Source of the DNA: Phycisphaerae bacterium
GTDB taxonomy: Bacteria; Planctomycetota; Phycisphaerae; UBA1845; Fen-1342
Reading direction: 5' to 3'
NCBI GenBank assembly: GCA_963675745.2
Contig: CAXXWX010000003.1
Coordinates: 160,001 to 224,000 of the forward strand
Length of the DNA stretch: 64,000 bases
Part shown: in pieces, positions 40,158 to 48,275 of the stretch
Layout of the letters: every line of letters starts with the position of its first letter
Position numbering within the stretch: position 1 is the first letter of the stretch
The notes under the pieces: generated by a model
What the model was told of the DNA's origin: nothing
Databases searched by the model: none
What the model saw: only the letters and a program-made list of their open reading frames with translations
Made by a program: the position numbers and the translations under genes

Positions 40158-42149
40158 TCAGCTTCCACAGCCCGGGTCGGCCGGAACTTCAGGGCCGCTG
40201 GCACTGAGGCAGTCGAAAAACGCGTCCAAGTCGTCGCCGCCGATCGCGCGGTCGCCGCCACGGTCGAAGCACATGCAAGCCTCTGGATTGGCGGCGTCGT
40301 CGGCTGGACAGGACTGCAACAGCGTGAAATCGCCGAAATCCACGTCGCCGTCAAGGTCGGCATCGGCAAAGGGCAGCCCGCAATCACACGCGTCGCCGAT
40401 GCCATCGTCGTCCGTGTCCTGTTGCGCGCGGTTCCAGACGCCCGCACAGTTATCGTAAACGTCAGCGATGCCGTCCGCATCCGCATCAGACTGGAATGGC
40501 TGGCGGGCCTTGAAGAACAGCGGTTCGATGCTCTCCATCAGGCCGAACATCAGGAACGTGTGATCGACCAGGCCGGCATCGTTTGGCAGCCAGTTGGGGT
40601 CCTGGGATGAGACACGCGTCGCGCCGTAACGCAGACGGGAGTCGCTGGTTGGCGGCTGGTCCTCCAGGAACTCGAGCACAGAGTGGATGTCACCCCAGGC
40701 ACCGACAGCCTCGGGACCGAACACGTTTTCGTGGTCGTAAATGCGGTCGGCGCTATAGCCGCTCGGATTGACCCCCGCCGTCAGGCCATAGCGGTAGGGC
40801 TGGCCGAGCTGGTAGGCGCAATAAAGACTGTCCGCGTACTGATGGTTGCGGAGGAACTGCTCGAAGTCCGCGTTGCGCGCGAAGTCGGAGTTGAAAAAGT
40901 GGCTCTGGTGGACCCAGAAGGCCGGTGCGTATACGGAGGTGTTGTCCGTCAGCGTGGGGATGCCGCGGTATGATTTTGTGGGCGCGTTTGCGGGATCAAG
41001 CCACAGGTGTGCGATCGCGGGGGCGCGTGTCGCGCCGGGTTCGCGCAACGCCAGGCTCACAACCAGCACATATTCGTTCCATGGCGGCAAATCACCTGGG
41101 GCACCACCCCCGCCGGCGGCCATTCCCAGGTAGACGCGTCCGTTCAGGCTCGGGTTGATGGCCGCTTCGAAGTTCGTCGTCGCGAACATCTCGTCGGCGT
41201 AGGAGGCAATTGTCGCGTTGTCAGGAAAGTGGTTCTTGGCGAACAACGCCCCACTCACCAGCAGCGCCGAGCCGATCGTCGTATACGTGCCATCCCATCC
41301 GCCAGCATAGGCGCCGGTGTTGACATCCATGTAATGTACCCAATGGCCATCGGCGGAACGCTCGGGCGTGACTCCCGGTGTGTGGCCTGAGTACGCGCTT
41401 AGGATGCTCTCGACCAGGGACTCGCTGAAACCGATGATCTCGAGTTGATCGACCGCACACAGGCCGAGCAACGCGAAACCAGCCGCGTCCGGCGTCGCTG
41501 GGTGGTAGGGTTCGACGGACGGTGAGAGTGGCAGTGAGTCGCGCACCATGCCGGTCGCCTGGATGGCGTCCATGAGGTAGAACGTCGCACGCTGGAGTTG
41601 GTTGAATCGCGCGGACTCGACGGTGCCGCTGACGACCGTGCGACTGAGCGACCACCGACTCCACTGGATGCCCGTCGGTAACCCTTCGCCGACCTGTACG
41701 CCCACGCCCTTGATCCGAATCCAATTCGTCTGTCCCGGAGTGAAGCGGTCGAGGGGGATGGTGGCGGCGTAGACGCGCGCGCTGTCGACGAACTCGCTAT
41801 GCACCTGCTCGAGTTCGCCGAGCGTGGGGCCGGCCCATAGGGTAAGGTCGAAGGTCTGCTCCATGTGCAGCGAGATGACGATGCGGAAGCGATAATGCAG
41901 AGTATCGGCTGGCACGTTGGCGGGCAGATCGAACGCGATGTCGATCTGATCGCCTTCCCACCCCATTTCGCCGGGCCAGGTTGGTGTCGTGCCGACGGTA
42001 CCGACGAAACCATCGGGGTACTCGATGGCCCAAGGTGGGCTGGCGAAGTCGGTAACGACGAAGATATCGTCGGCGCCGCTCAGCGGCGGGCCGGCTCCGA
42101 GCGAGAGGAGAGTGCATATCCCAGCTAGGATTCGGCGTGTCAAGGGCAT
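40158..42149 (-). CDS. secreted divergent GH144-like protein with N-terminal beta domain, TSP3-like repeats and dockerin-like tail
   Basis: Signal peptide; TIGSALLVSG, WNEY, YGLTAG, GLVDHTFLMFGL parallel the GH144 motifs; DADADGIADVYDNC...DTDDDGIGDACD; ADADLDGDVDFGDF. Confidence 0.68.
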   Translation of the reverse strand: MPLTRRILAGICTLLSLGAGPPLSGADDIFVVTDFASPPWAIEYPDGFVGTVGTTPTWPGEMGWEGDQIDIAFDLPANVPADTLHYRFRIVISLHMEQTFDLTLWAGPTLGELEQVHSEFVDSARVYAATIPLDRFTPGQTNWIRIKGVGVQVGEGLPTGIQWSRWSLSRTVVSGTVESARFNQLQRATFYLMDAIQATGMVRDSLPLSPSVEPYHPATPDAAGFALLGLCAVDQLEIIGFSESLVESILSAYSGHTPGVTPERSADGHWVHYMDVNTGAYAGGWDGTYTTIGSALLVSGALFAKNHFPDNATIASYADEMFATTNFEAAINPSLNGRVYLGMAAGGGGAPGDLPPWNEYVLVVSLALREPGATRAPAIAHLWLDPANAPTKSYRGIPTLTDNTSVYAPAFWVHQSHFFNSDFARNADFEQFLRNHQYADSLYCAYQLGQPYRYGLTAGVNPSGYSADRIYDHENVFGPEAVGAWGDIHSVLEFLEDQPPTSDSRLRYGATRVSSQDPNWLPNDAGLVDHTFLMFGLMESIEPLFFKARQPFQSDADADGIADVYDNCAGVWNRAQQDTDDDGIGDACDCGLPFADADLDGDVDFGDFTLLQSCPADDAANPEACMCFDRGGDRAIGGDDLDAFFDCLSASGPEVPADPGCGS

Positions 42150-42438
42150 GCTTGTGTCCACGGTTGGCCTCCGGGTGGGCACGGATTGCTGGAAACGCGT
42201 CGATGAACCGCCGGGTTGTGGGTCGTGCAGAGGCCCATAACAGGTTACTGGCCCGGGAGTGCATCAGGGGCCGTGTTCCGTAACAGATTGATATCACAGA
42301 GCTTATCGATAGTTCCGTCCACTGCGTTGGGCTATGCGGCCGCGCGGCCAATTCCTGGCACGGCAGTTGGCTACGCGCGTTCCGGCGTACCCGGGTTCTT
42401 CCCCAACTCCTGTCGCCATGCGCCAGCATAGCAAAGAC

Positions 42439-42476
42439 TGAAAACGCTTGCAAAGAGATTCGTTCCAGATTACACT
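42439..42476 (+). promoter_or_regulatory. sigma70 promoter with LacI-type operator 3 (TGAAAACGCTTGCA) overlapping the -35
   Basis: Operator 42439-42452; TTGCAA (42448)-17 bp-TACACT (42471). Confidence 0.75.
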
Positions 42477-42567
42477 ATACGTACTGGGGCCTGTCCCTGG
42501 GCACGCTCTGTGCAGAGCGGAGGCATGTCGGATTGATAAACATTTCCTTGGAGGATGGAGAAGACTC

Positions 42568-43338
42568 ATGAAAAGGACACTGGGAACCAAGGCGCTAATC
42601 ATCGCGGCGGCGGTCGCCATCTTGGCGATTCCGGCGCTGGCGGATGTGACGGACATCAACGCCGTCAAGATCCAGGAGCGCCGCTTCAACGACTTCCCGC
42701 TCTCATCACTCACCACCACGAACAACTACCCCACACTTGTCAGCTTCGTTGAGACCGACTTCGGCGCCGGTGGCTGGGCCAACCAGCATGTCGCGCGCTT
42801 CTCCGCCGACGCCGGCGCTACCGATCGCCTGTTCAACAACAACGAAGCCTTCGACATCAGCTTCGAGATCATGTTGGATGCCGGCTCCGTCACGCCCACT
42901 CAGAAAGAGGCGGGCTTCCGGATGGACAGCTTCGTCGGCGGCGAGGGCTTCTTCCTCGCCAAGAGCGGCGGCGAGGTGGCGGCCTTTGGTGGACCGTTCC
43001 CGTTCTATAGCTTCGGCGCCAGTGCCTACACACCCGGGACCGTGGCCACCATGGAGATGATCTACACCCCCGACGATGACGCCGACCCATGGGATGGCGA
43101 CGCCGCCACAATGGAATACATCTACAACGGCCTGTCGAGCGGCCCGCTCGATTTTGCCAACCTCGAAAACGGCATGATCGACGGTTCGGACCTGGGAATG
43201 TACCTCCAGAACGTCGTCGACACGAGCAACCCGAGCGATTTCGGGATGGTCGAATACACCAACTTCAACGTCGCCGTGCCGGAGCCCGGCAGCGCGTTGC
43301 TGGTGTTGTTGGGTCTGGCGTGGCTGCGGCGGCGATAG
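42568..43338 (+). CDS. PEP-CTERM sorting domain protein
   Basis: Signal peptide; C-terminus VPEPGSALLVLLGLAWLRRR; RBS GGAG. Confidence 0.92.
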   Translation: MKRTLGTKALIIAAAVAILAIPALADVTDINAVKIQERRFNDFPLSSLTTTNNYPTLVSFVETDFGAGGWANQHVARFSADAGATDRLFNNNEAFDISFEIMLDAGSVTPTQKEAGFRMDSFVGGEGFFLAKSGGEVAAFGGPFPFYSFGASAYTPGTVATMEMIYTPDDDADPWDGDAATMEYIYNGLSSGPLDFANLENGMIDGSDLGMYLQNVVDTSNPSDFGMVEYTNFNVAVPEPGSALLVLLGLAWLRRR

Positions 43339-43483
43339 TCAGACACCGTGAATCAGCCGGCATGGAGCCGGCGTGTTGAGATGTGTGCAGCGAGGTGGGC
43401 TGGCCTCGGCCGGTATAGCCGGGGCCAGTCGACACTCGCGGCCACTTACTGAGACGGGGCCGGCGATCGGCGGAGCGCAGATC

Positions 43484-44326
43484 ATGAGTCGGGCAGATAA
43501 GGACATTCGATTCCGCACGGGCGCGTTTACGCTGATCGAGCTTCTGGTGGTCGTCGCGATCATCGCGCTGTTGATCTCGATCCTGCTTCCCTCGCTCAGT
43601 GCGGCACGCGAGCACGCCAAAGCGGCCGTGTGCAAGTCGGGTCTGCACCAGTTGGCCCTGGCGACTACGTACTACAGCGAGGATAACCGCGAGCACCTGC
43701 CCTACATACTCGGGTCGCCCGATACCCTGGGCAATCCGACCAACGCGCCATTCTACCAGTTTCACCAGATCTTCCTGTTCTGGAAGTACCAGCAGAACTT
43801 GAAGATCTACCAGTGTCCCAGCGCCAAGAATGAGAACTCCGTCAAGAAGTACTTCGGTTCGGTCGGGACCACCGAGTACTACAGCTATTACTACGTGCAG
43901 AAGTCAGACCCGTACTATATCGATGCCTATCTCGACCGGCGTTGGCCCGAAATCGACCCGACCGAAGTCAGCGGCGAGGAAATCCCGCAGCTCTTCACCG
44001 AGTATTGGTTCAATGACTGGAGCACGGGCGCCAAAAACGGGACGCGCGACGTGCCGGCTATCAACGGCGGCGCGATCTCCAAGATCCCGCTGCCGAACTT
44101 GGCCGTGATAATCAGCGATGCCGTTTGGGAGTCGCCGGACCCTCGCCATCGCGGGGGCAGTCAATTGGCTTTCCTCGACGCGCACGCGGGCTGGTACAAG
44201 CGTGACCGCTACCTCGACCCAGAGGGTTCCACCGGCGATCATTCGCCCAACGACTATGACGCGTGGGGCAATCGCCCGTTCTACGCGTGGGGATTGACGA
44301 AAGAGGGATTCGACGCACTGCCGTAA
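43484..44326 (+). CDS. prepilin-type N-terminal cleavage/methylation protein, DUF1559-like
   Basis: [47 protein letters not shown]. Confidence 0.9.
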   Translation: MSRADKDIRFRTGAFTLIELLVVVAIIALLISILLPSLSAAREHAKAAVCKSGLHQLALATTYYSEDNREHLPYILGSPDTLGNPTNAPFYQFHQIFLFWKYQQNLKIYQCPSAKNENSVKKYFGSVGTTEYYSYYYVQKSDPYYIDAYLDRRWPEIDPTEVSGEEIPQLFTEYWFNDWSTGAKNGTRDVPAINGGAISKIPLPNLAVIISDAVWESPDPRHRGGSQLAFLDAHAGWYKRDRYLDPEGSTGDHSPNDYDAWGNRPFYAWGLTKEGFDALP

Positions 44327-44433
44327 CCGTAATGGCTTGTCGCACGGCGGGCGCCACGCGACGCCGCCGTGGTCAGCGCCAGCGGCGTTCCGCATCGAAG
44401 ACCCGTGGCGGAGGTTTGAAAGGAAAAGCAGAC

Positions 44434-46224
44434 ATGAGACGGTGCCTAACGATCGCTGCGCTTATCAGCGTGGCCCTGATGCTCTCGACAGCCAGTGCCG
44501 AGCAGAACATTGTGGCGAACGGCAGTGCCGAGGCCGGTGGTGGCGCGGGTGGCCCCGACGACCGCATCGCCGAGAGCTGGACGTTCTTCGGCGGCGACAC
44601 CATCGAACGCAGCAACGAAGAGAACCTGGAGCCACTCGCCGGAAGTTGGTCGCTGAAGATCTTCGGCGGAGAGGGTACCGTCGGGGCTTACCAGGATATC
44701 TCCGTGGCGGAGGGCGCGAACGTCACCATCAGCGCGCAGCTCTACACGCGCGACGGGGATGCGATCGACGGCGATGCGCAGGCCAAGATCAAGATTGAGT
44801 TCCTGGATGCCGCGTCGCAATCGCTCGGTGCCACGGAGCTGGTCGTGCTCGATGCCGGATCCGCGACCGACACCTGGACGCCTGCTTCACTGGGCCCGAT
44901 CGAGGCACCGGCCACCACCGCTGTCGCACGCATGGTCTGCGTGTGGACCTACAGTGCAACCTCGTTTGGCTCGGCGTACTGGGACGACTGCACATTGACG
45001 GTCGGTGCCGGGGGCAACTTGCTGGACAACGCCGATTTCGAGATCGCTGGTATCAGCGGCTCGTCACCGTTCGGTATTGACGAATGGACCGGCTTCGGGA
45101 CTCAGGAAAAGTCCTCGGACGCCGCCTATGACGGATTGAACAGCGCATTCGCTCAGGTTGGCGGCGCGGCCGGAGAGTACTCAGGCCTGTACCAGGATAT
45201 GGCCGAGTTGGCCGCTGGCGACCGACTCTTCTTGCACTGCCGAGTCTGGATCCCGGCCGCGACACCATTGACCGGCACGTCGGCGGCGGCGATCAAACTC
45301 GAGTTCTATCCGACCAGCGGCAGCTCGACGCCGCCCCCGGAGGAGGCGCTCGACTTCGACGCAAACGACCCGGCTGACTCCTGGGAGCTCGTCAGCTACT
45401 CCACGATTGTTCCGGAGGATATTTCGCTGGCGCGCGTGGTGTTGCTTTCATTCGATGAGGATCCCAACAACGGTCCGGTCTACTTCGAGTCCGCCTGGGC
45501 CGAACGCAGTAGCCAGGTCGGCGTGAATCAGCTCGATAACCCAAGCTTCGAGCAGGGTACGAGCGGCGCTAACGGCCTCATCAGCTGGACCGAGTTCCGT
45601 GGCTTGGGTTGCTCGGCACGCAAGAACGCATTTGAGGTTCCCGCGATGGATGGCGTCTCCGTGCTGAAGATCGTGGGCGACTGCGTGGCAGGCGTTTTCC
45701 AGGACATTGAAGTTGCCCCCGGAGAGACACTCACGATTTCAAGCTATCTACGCTCAAATTCCGCTGAACCGTACGCTGCTCCGGGCGTGATGGCCGGCGT
45801 CAAGGTCGAGTGGGTCAGTGGCGTCGTGCCACCCTGGATCGACATTGGCGGCGCGCCGAACAACACCGCCGAAGAGGGGACGCCGACGGATCAGTGGATG
45901 CCGCTCTGGATCGACTACACCATGCCCGCCGGCACCGCTGCCTTGGTCCGTTACACCCTTATCGTGGCCCAAGGTGATGCAGCCGAAGCCGCGGCCTACT
46001 TCGACGCCTGCGAGGCGGTCGTCATGAACCTCTATGACGGCGCGGACATTGACGCAGACGATGATGAGGACCTGGGCGACTTTGTCTGGCTCCAGCGGAC
46101 TTTCCGCGGCACCGGCGTGACATCGCTCGAATGGAACAAGTACACGTACGACTTCGATGAAGATGGAGACGTCGACATAACGGACTGGAACTTCTTCGAG
46201 CCGCGTCTTGTCGGGCCGAATTAA
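44434..46224 (+). CDS. secreted non-catalytic protein with three tandem galactose-binding/CBM-like domains and dockerin-like tail
   Basis: Repeats start NIVANGSAE / NLLDNADFE / NQLDNPSFE and end AYWDD / VYFES / AYFDA; tail ADIDADDDEDLGDF...DFDEDGDVDITDW. Confidence 0.8.
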   Translation: MRRCLTIAALISVALMLSTASAEQNIVANGSAEAGGGAGGPDDRIAESWTFFGGDTIERSNEENLEPLAGSWSLKIFGGEGTVGAYQDISVAEGANVTISAQLYTRDGDAIDGDAQAKIKIEFLDAASQSLGATELVVLDAGSATDTWTPASLGPIEAPATTAVARMVCVWTYSATSFGSAYWDDCTLTVGAGGNLLDNADFEIAGISGSSPFGIDEWTGFGTQEKSSDAAYDGLNSAFAQVGGAAGEYSGLYQDMAELAAGDRLFLHCRVWIPAATPLTGTSAAAIKLEFYPTSGSSTPPPEEALDFDANDPADSWELVSYSTIVPEDISLARVVLLSFDEDPNNGPVYFESAWAERSSQVGVNQLDNPSFEQGTSGANGLISWTEFRGLGCSARKNAFEVPAMDGVSVLKIVGDCVAGVFQDIEVAPGETLTISSYLRSNSAEPYAAPGVMAGVKVEWVSGVVPPWIDIGGAPNNTAEEGTPTDQWMPLWIDYTMPAGTAALVRYTLIVAQGDAAEAAAYFDACEAVVMNLYDGADIDADDDEDLGDFVWLQRTFRGTGVTSLEWNKYTYDFDEDGDVDITDWNFFEPRLVGPN

Positions 46225-46663
46225 CTGTCCGTTTTGCTGATTCCGTCCTCTGTCCTGGCCTGTCGAATCTCATGCGCCGCCCATGATGCGTAACGGCCTC
46301 CCGTCGATGCCGTTATGGTCGCTGGTGGCGTGGTGGGTAGGCAAAGTGGCCAGGCACCAGAATCCTCCAGGAATCCCCCTGCCGCAGCGTTGGTCGCGAC
46401 GCGTCAGGTCGGCCATGAACGCTGGGCGAAAAGTGCTGCGCCTGCGGGGCTGCCGAGGGTCGGTTAAACGGTGCGGCGACCGACTATCTGGCATGCCCGG
46501 CCAGGCGCGAAGCGACGGACAGAGTCACCGGGCATGCGTACCTGTCCCTGCCGAAAAGCTAATCCTCCTTATGCAACAAGGACTTGCGTGTTTCGAGTGC
46601 GGTGGCCGGATCGGCTGCGATGAGCCCTTACAGATTCCGATTTGAGGAGTTGAGACGGGCCTC

Positions 46664-46810
46664 ATGACCGGTGGCATATTGTTCGTCCGCGTCATGGTTG
46701 CCGGCCGCGCGGCGATTGTGGCCGAGAGCCTGGCGATGCGTCATCAGCTTGGCATCCTCCTACGCCGCGTGAAGCGTCGCGCGCTATGGTTGTGCAATTC
46801 ACCTGTATAG
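46664..46810 (+). pseudogene. transposase/integrase-core-family N-terminal remnant
   Basis: AAIVAESLAMRHQLGILLRRVKRR resembles the ENLALRHQL..L.R..KRPRL N-terminus of integrase-core-domain IS proteins; truncated after ~40 codons. Confidence 0.55.
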
Positions 46811-46990
46811 ACGAGCCAAACGGCAATCCCGTTCTTTATTCACCAAGACTATCGTGAAACTCTCGGGTTAACGCGTTACGAACACAGGGCCAACCTGAAG
46901 ATCCCAGATCTGCTGGACGAACTCGCCCCACAATCGCTCACCATCCCCGTGATGTCGCGTCGTACCTCCTCCTGGCTCCTCGACTTTGTG

Positions 46991-47466
46991 TTACTTCCAC
47001 TTCTGGATGACATCACGGCGGCGCGGGCCGCCAATCGGTGTGACGGGGTCGACGTCGATCCTCATTCGCGGCACATCGACTTGGTCGGCGAGGACGTTCG
47101 CCGCTTCCGCGAGGCCCACGACAGCTTCAGCGTGGGAAACGGGCGGGCAGTTTGCCACCCTCCGATGGTCACCTTGTCGAGCATCTCGCGGAACAGTCGA
47201 TGGCCGTACAGCTTTGGGTTGGCAATGTCACTTCTGTACCGGGCGACGGCCGCAATGCGGGCGAGTTTCTCGGCGGGAATTGAGTTGGCCCGCTCGGTGG
47301 GGAGTCCGGCTCGGGCATCTTTCCAGGTTCTGAATTCCTGGCGCCTCCCATCGGATCGGATAGTGTAGAATCTGCGCCGTGCTTTGTTGGAGAAAATGGC
47401 GGCGTTCGTCCTGACGGGTCTTCCGTGCCGGTTAACCCGGATGCGAGGACGTGCTGCACGTGACAC
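46991..47466 (-). pseudogene. frameshifted basic-protein remnant near the island right end
   Basis: ORF 47062-47466 reads plausibly to ~47150, then a shifted frame continues HAEAVVGLAEAANVLADQVDVPRMRID...DVIQKWK*; family not recognised. Confidence 0.35.
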
Positions 47467-47616
47467 TCAGTCCTTTTGTCCTGGCTCTCAGTACGGGAAC
47501 CGCCACGGGCCGCCGCCACGGTCGCCCCGCGGATTGCCAGCGAAAGAAACCGCGGCAGGCAGCCGGTGCGAATGCAAGTTCAATTCTGACAGAGCGTTAC
47601 GAGAGTAGAAATGAGG

Positions 47617-47662
47617 TTCGCATCCCGCCCAGTATACGGTCGTATACTGGGCGGGATGCGAA
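47617..47662. repeat. 46-bp palindrome (perfect 22-bp arms, 2-nt centre)
   Basis: TTCGCATCCCGCCCAGTATACG-GT-CGTATACTGGGCGGGATGCGAA. Confidence 0.95.
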
Positions 47663-48168
47663 TGCCCTTGCCGCCCGAAATCAGACCCAGCAGCGCGTAG
47701 TCAAAATCGGGCAACAGCGCGGCTTCGGTGTTGCGTTGTTGGAAACTACCAACGCGGAGTGCGTAGGAGACTGAGGCCCGGTGGTGCGATCGAGCCTCAG
47801 GCAAAACCGGTAGCGGCCAGTTTCCCACGTCGCCGGCACGTCACGGTTGATGGTTGCGGCCGGGCAGGCTGCCTACGCCACGAGCGCAAGCAACTGTCCG
47901 GCCGCTTCGTTCCCTTCGACGCGCGTCAACTGTCCCTTTCCCGGCCGGGCGCGCCGGCTTTCACGGCCAGGAGGGCACATCGGTTTACATGCGGACATCC
48001 CAAGAGTTTGTGGCGGTTTTGTGGCGGCAGTGCCGGACTCATCCGCGCGTGGTGCCGACCGGCGGTATGATTGACAGAAGCGTAAGGAATGGCTATTTAG
48101 GCACTTACGTCAAGCGGGATCTGGGTGACTGACGGATGGCGGAGAATCCCGCCCTCTCCGTTACGTGC

Positions 48169-48210
48169 AAGGGTTGCGGCAGCTCATGATTCGAGTTGCC
48201 GCAACCCTTT
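48169..48210 (+). terminator. hairpin terminator after attR (likely the original tRNA-Ser terminator)
   Basis: AAGGGTTGCGGCAGCTC/GAGTTGCCGCAACCCTTT. Confidence 0.7.
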
Positions 48211-48275
48211 CTCGTTTGGTGATTCATGGCCGCGCGGTCGCGAGTTTCGTGCGGAAGATGGCAGGCCGATTTGCG

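Larger units (their letters stand above)
26253..48162. mobile_element. genomic island integrated at the tRNA-Ser 3' end (attL 26253-26271, attR 48144-48162)
   Basis: 19-bp direct repeat GAATCCCGCCCTCTCCGTT at both ends; integrase remnant beside attL; hairpin terminator after attR. Confidence 0.85.

Noticed and set aside
36807..40458. Long alternative ORFs 36807-38954 (-) and 38902-40458 (+)
   Set aside because: They overlap clear ABC transporter genes in another frame or strand and have low-complexity Arg/Pro/Ala composition typical of GC-rich shadow ORFs.
48121..48162. A second tRNA-Ser gene
   Set aside because: Only the last 19 bp match; there are no D or anticodon arms, so it is the att duplication.
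26253..48162. Intact prophage or conjugative element
   Set aside because: No structural, replication or transfer genes; only att sites and remnants remain.
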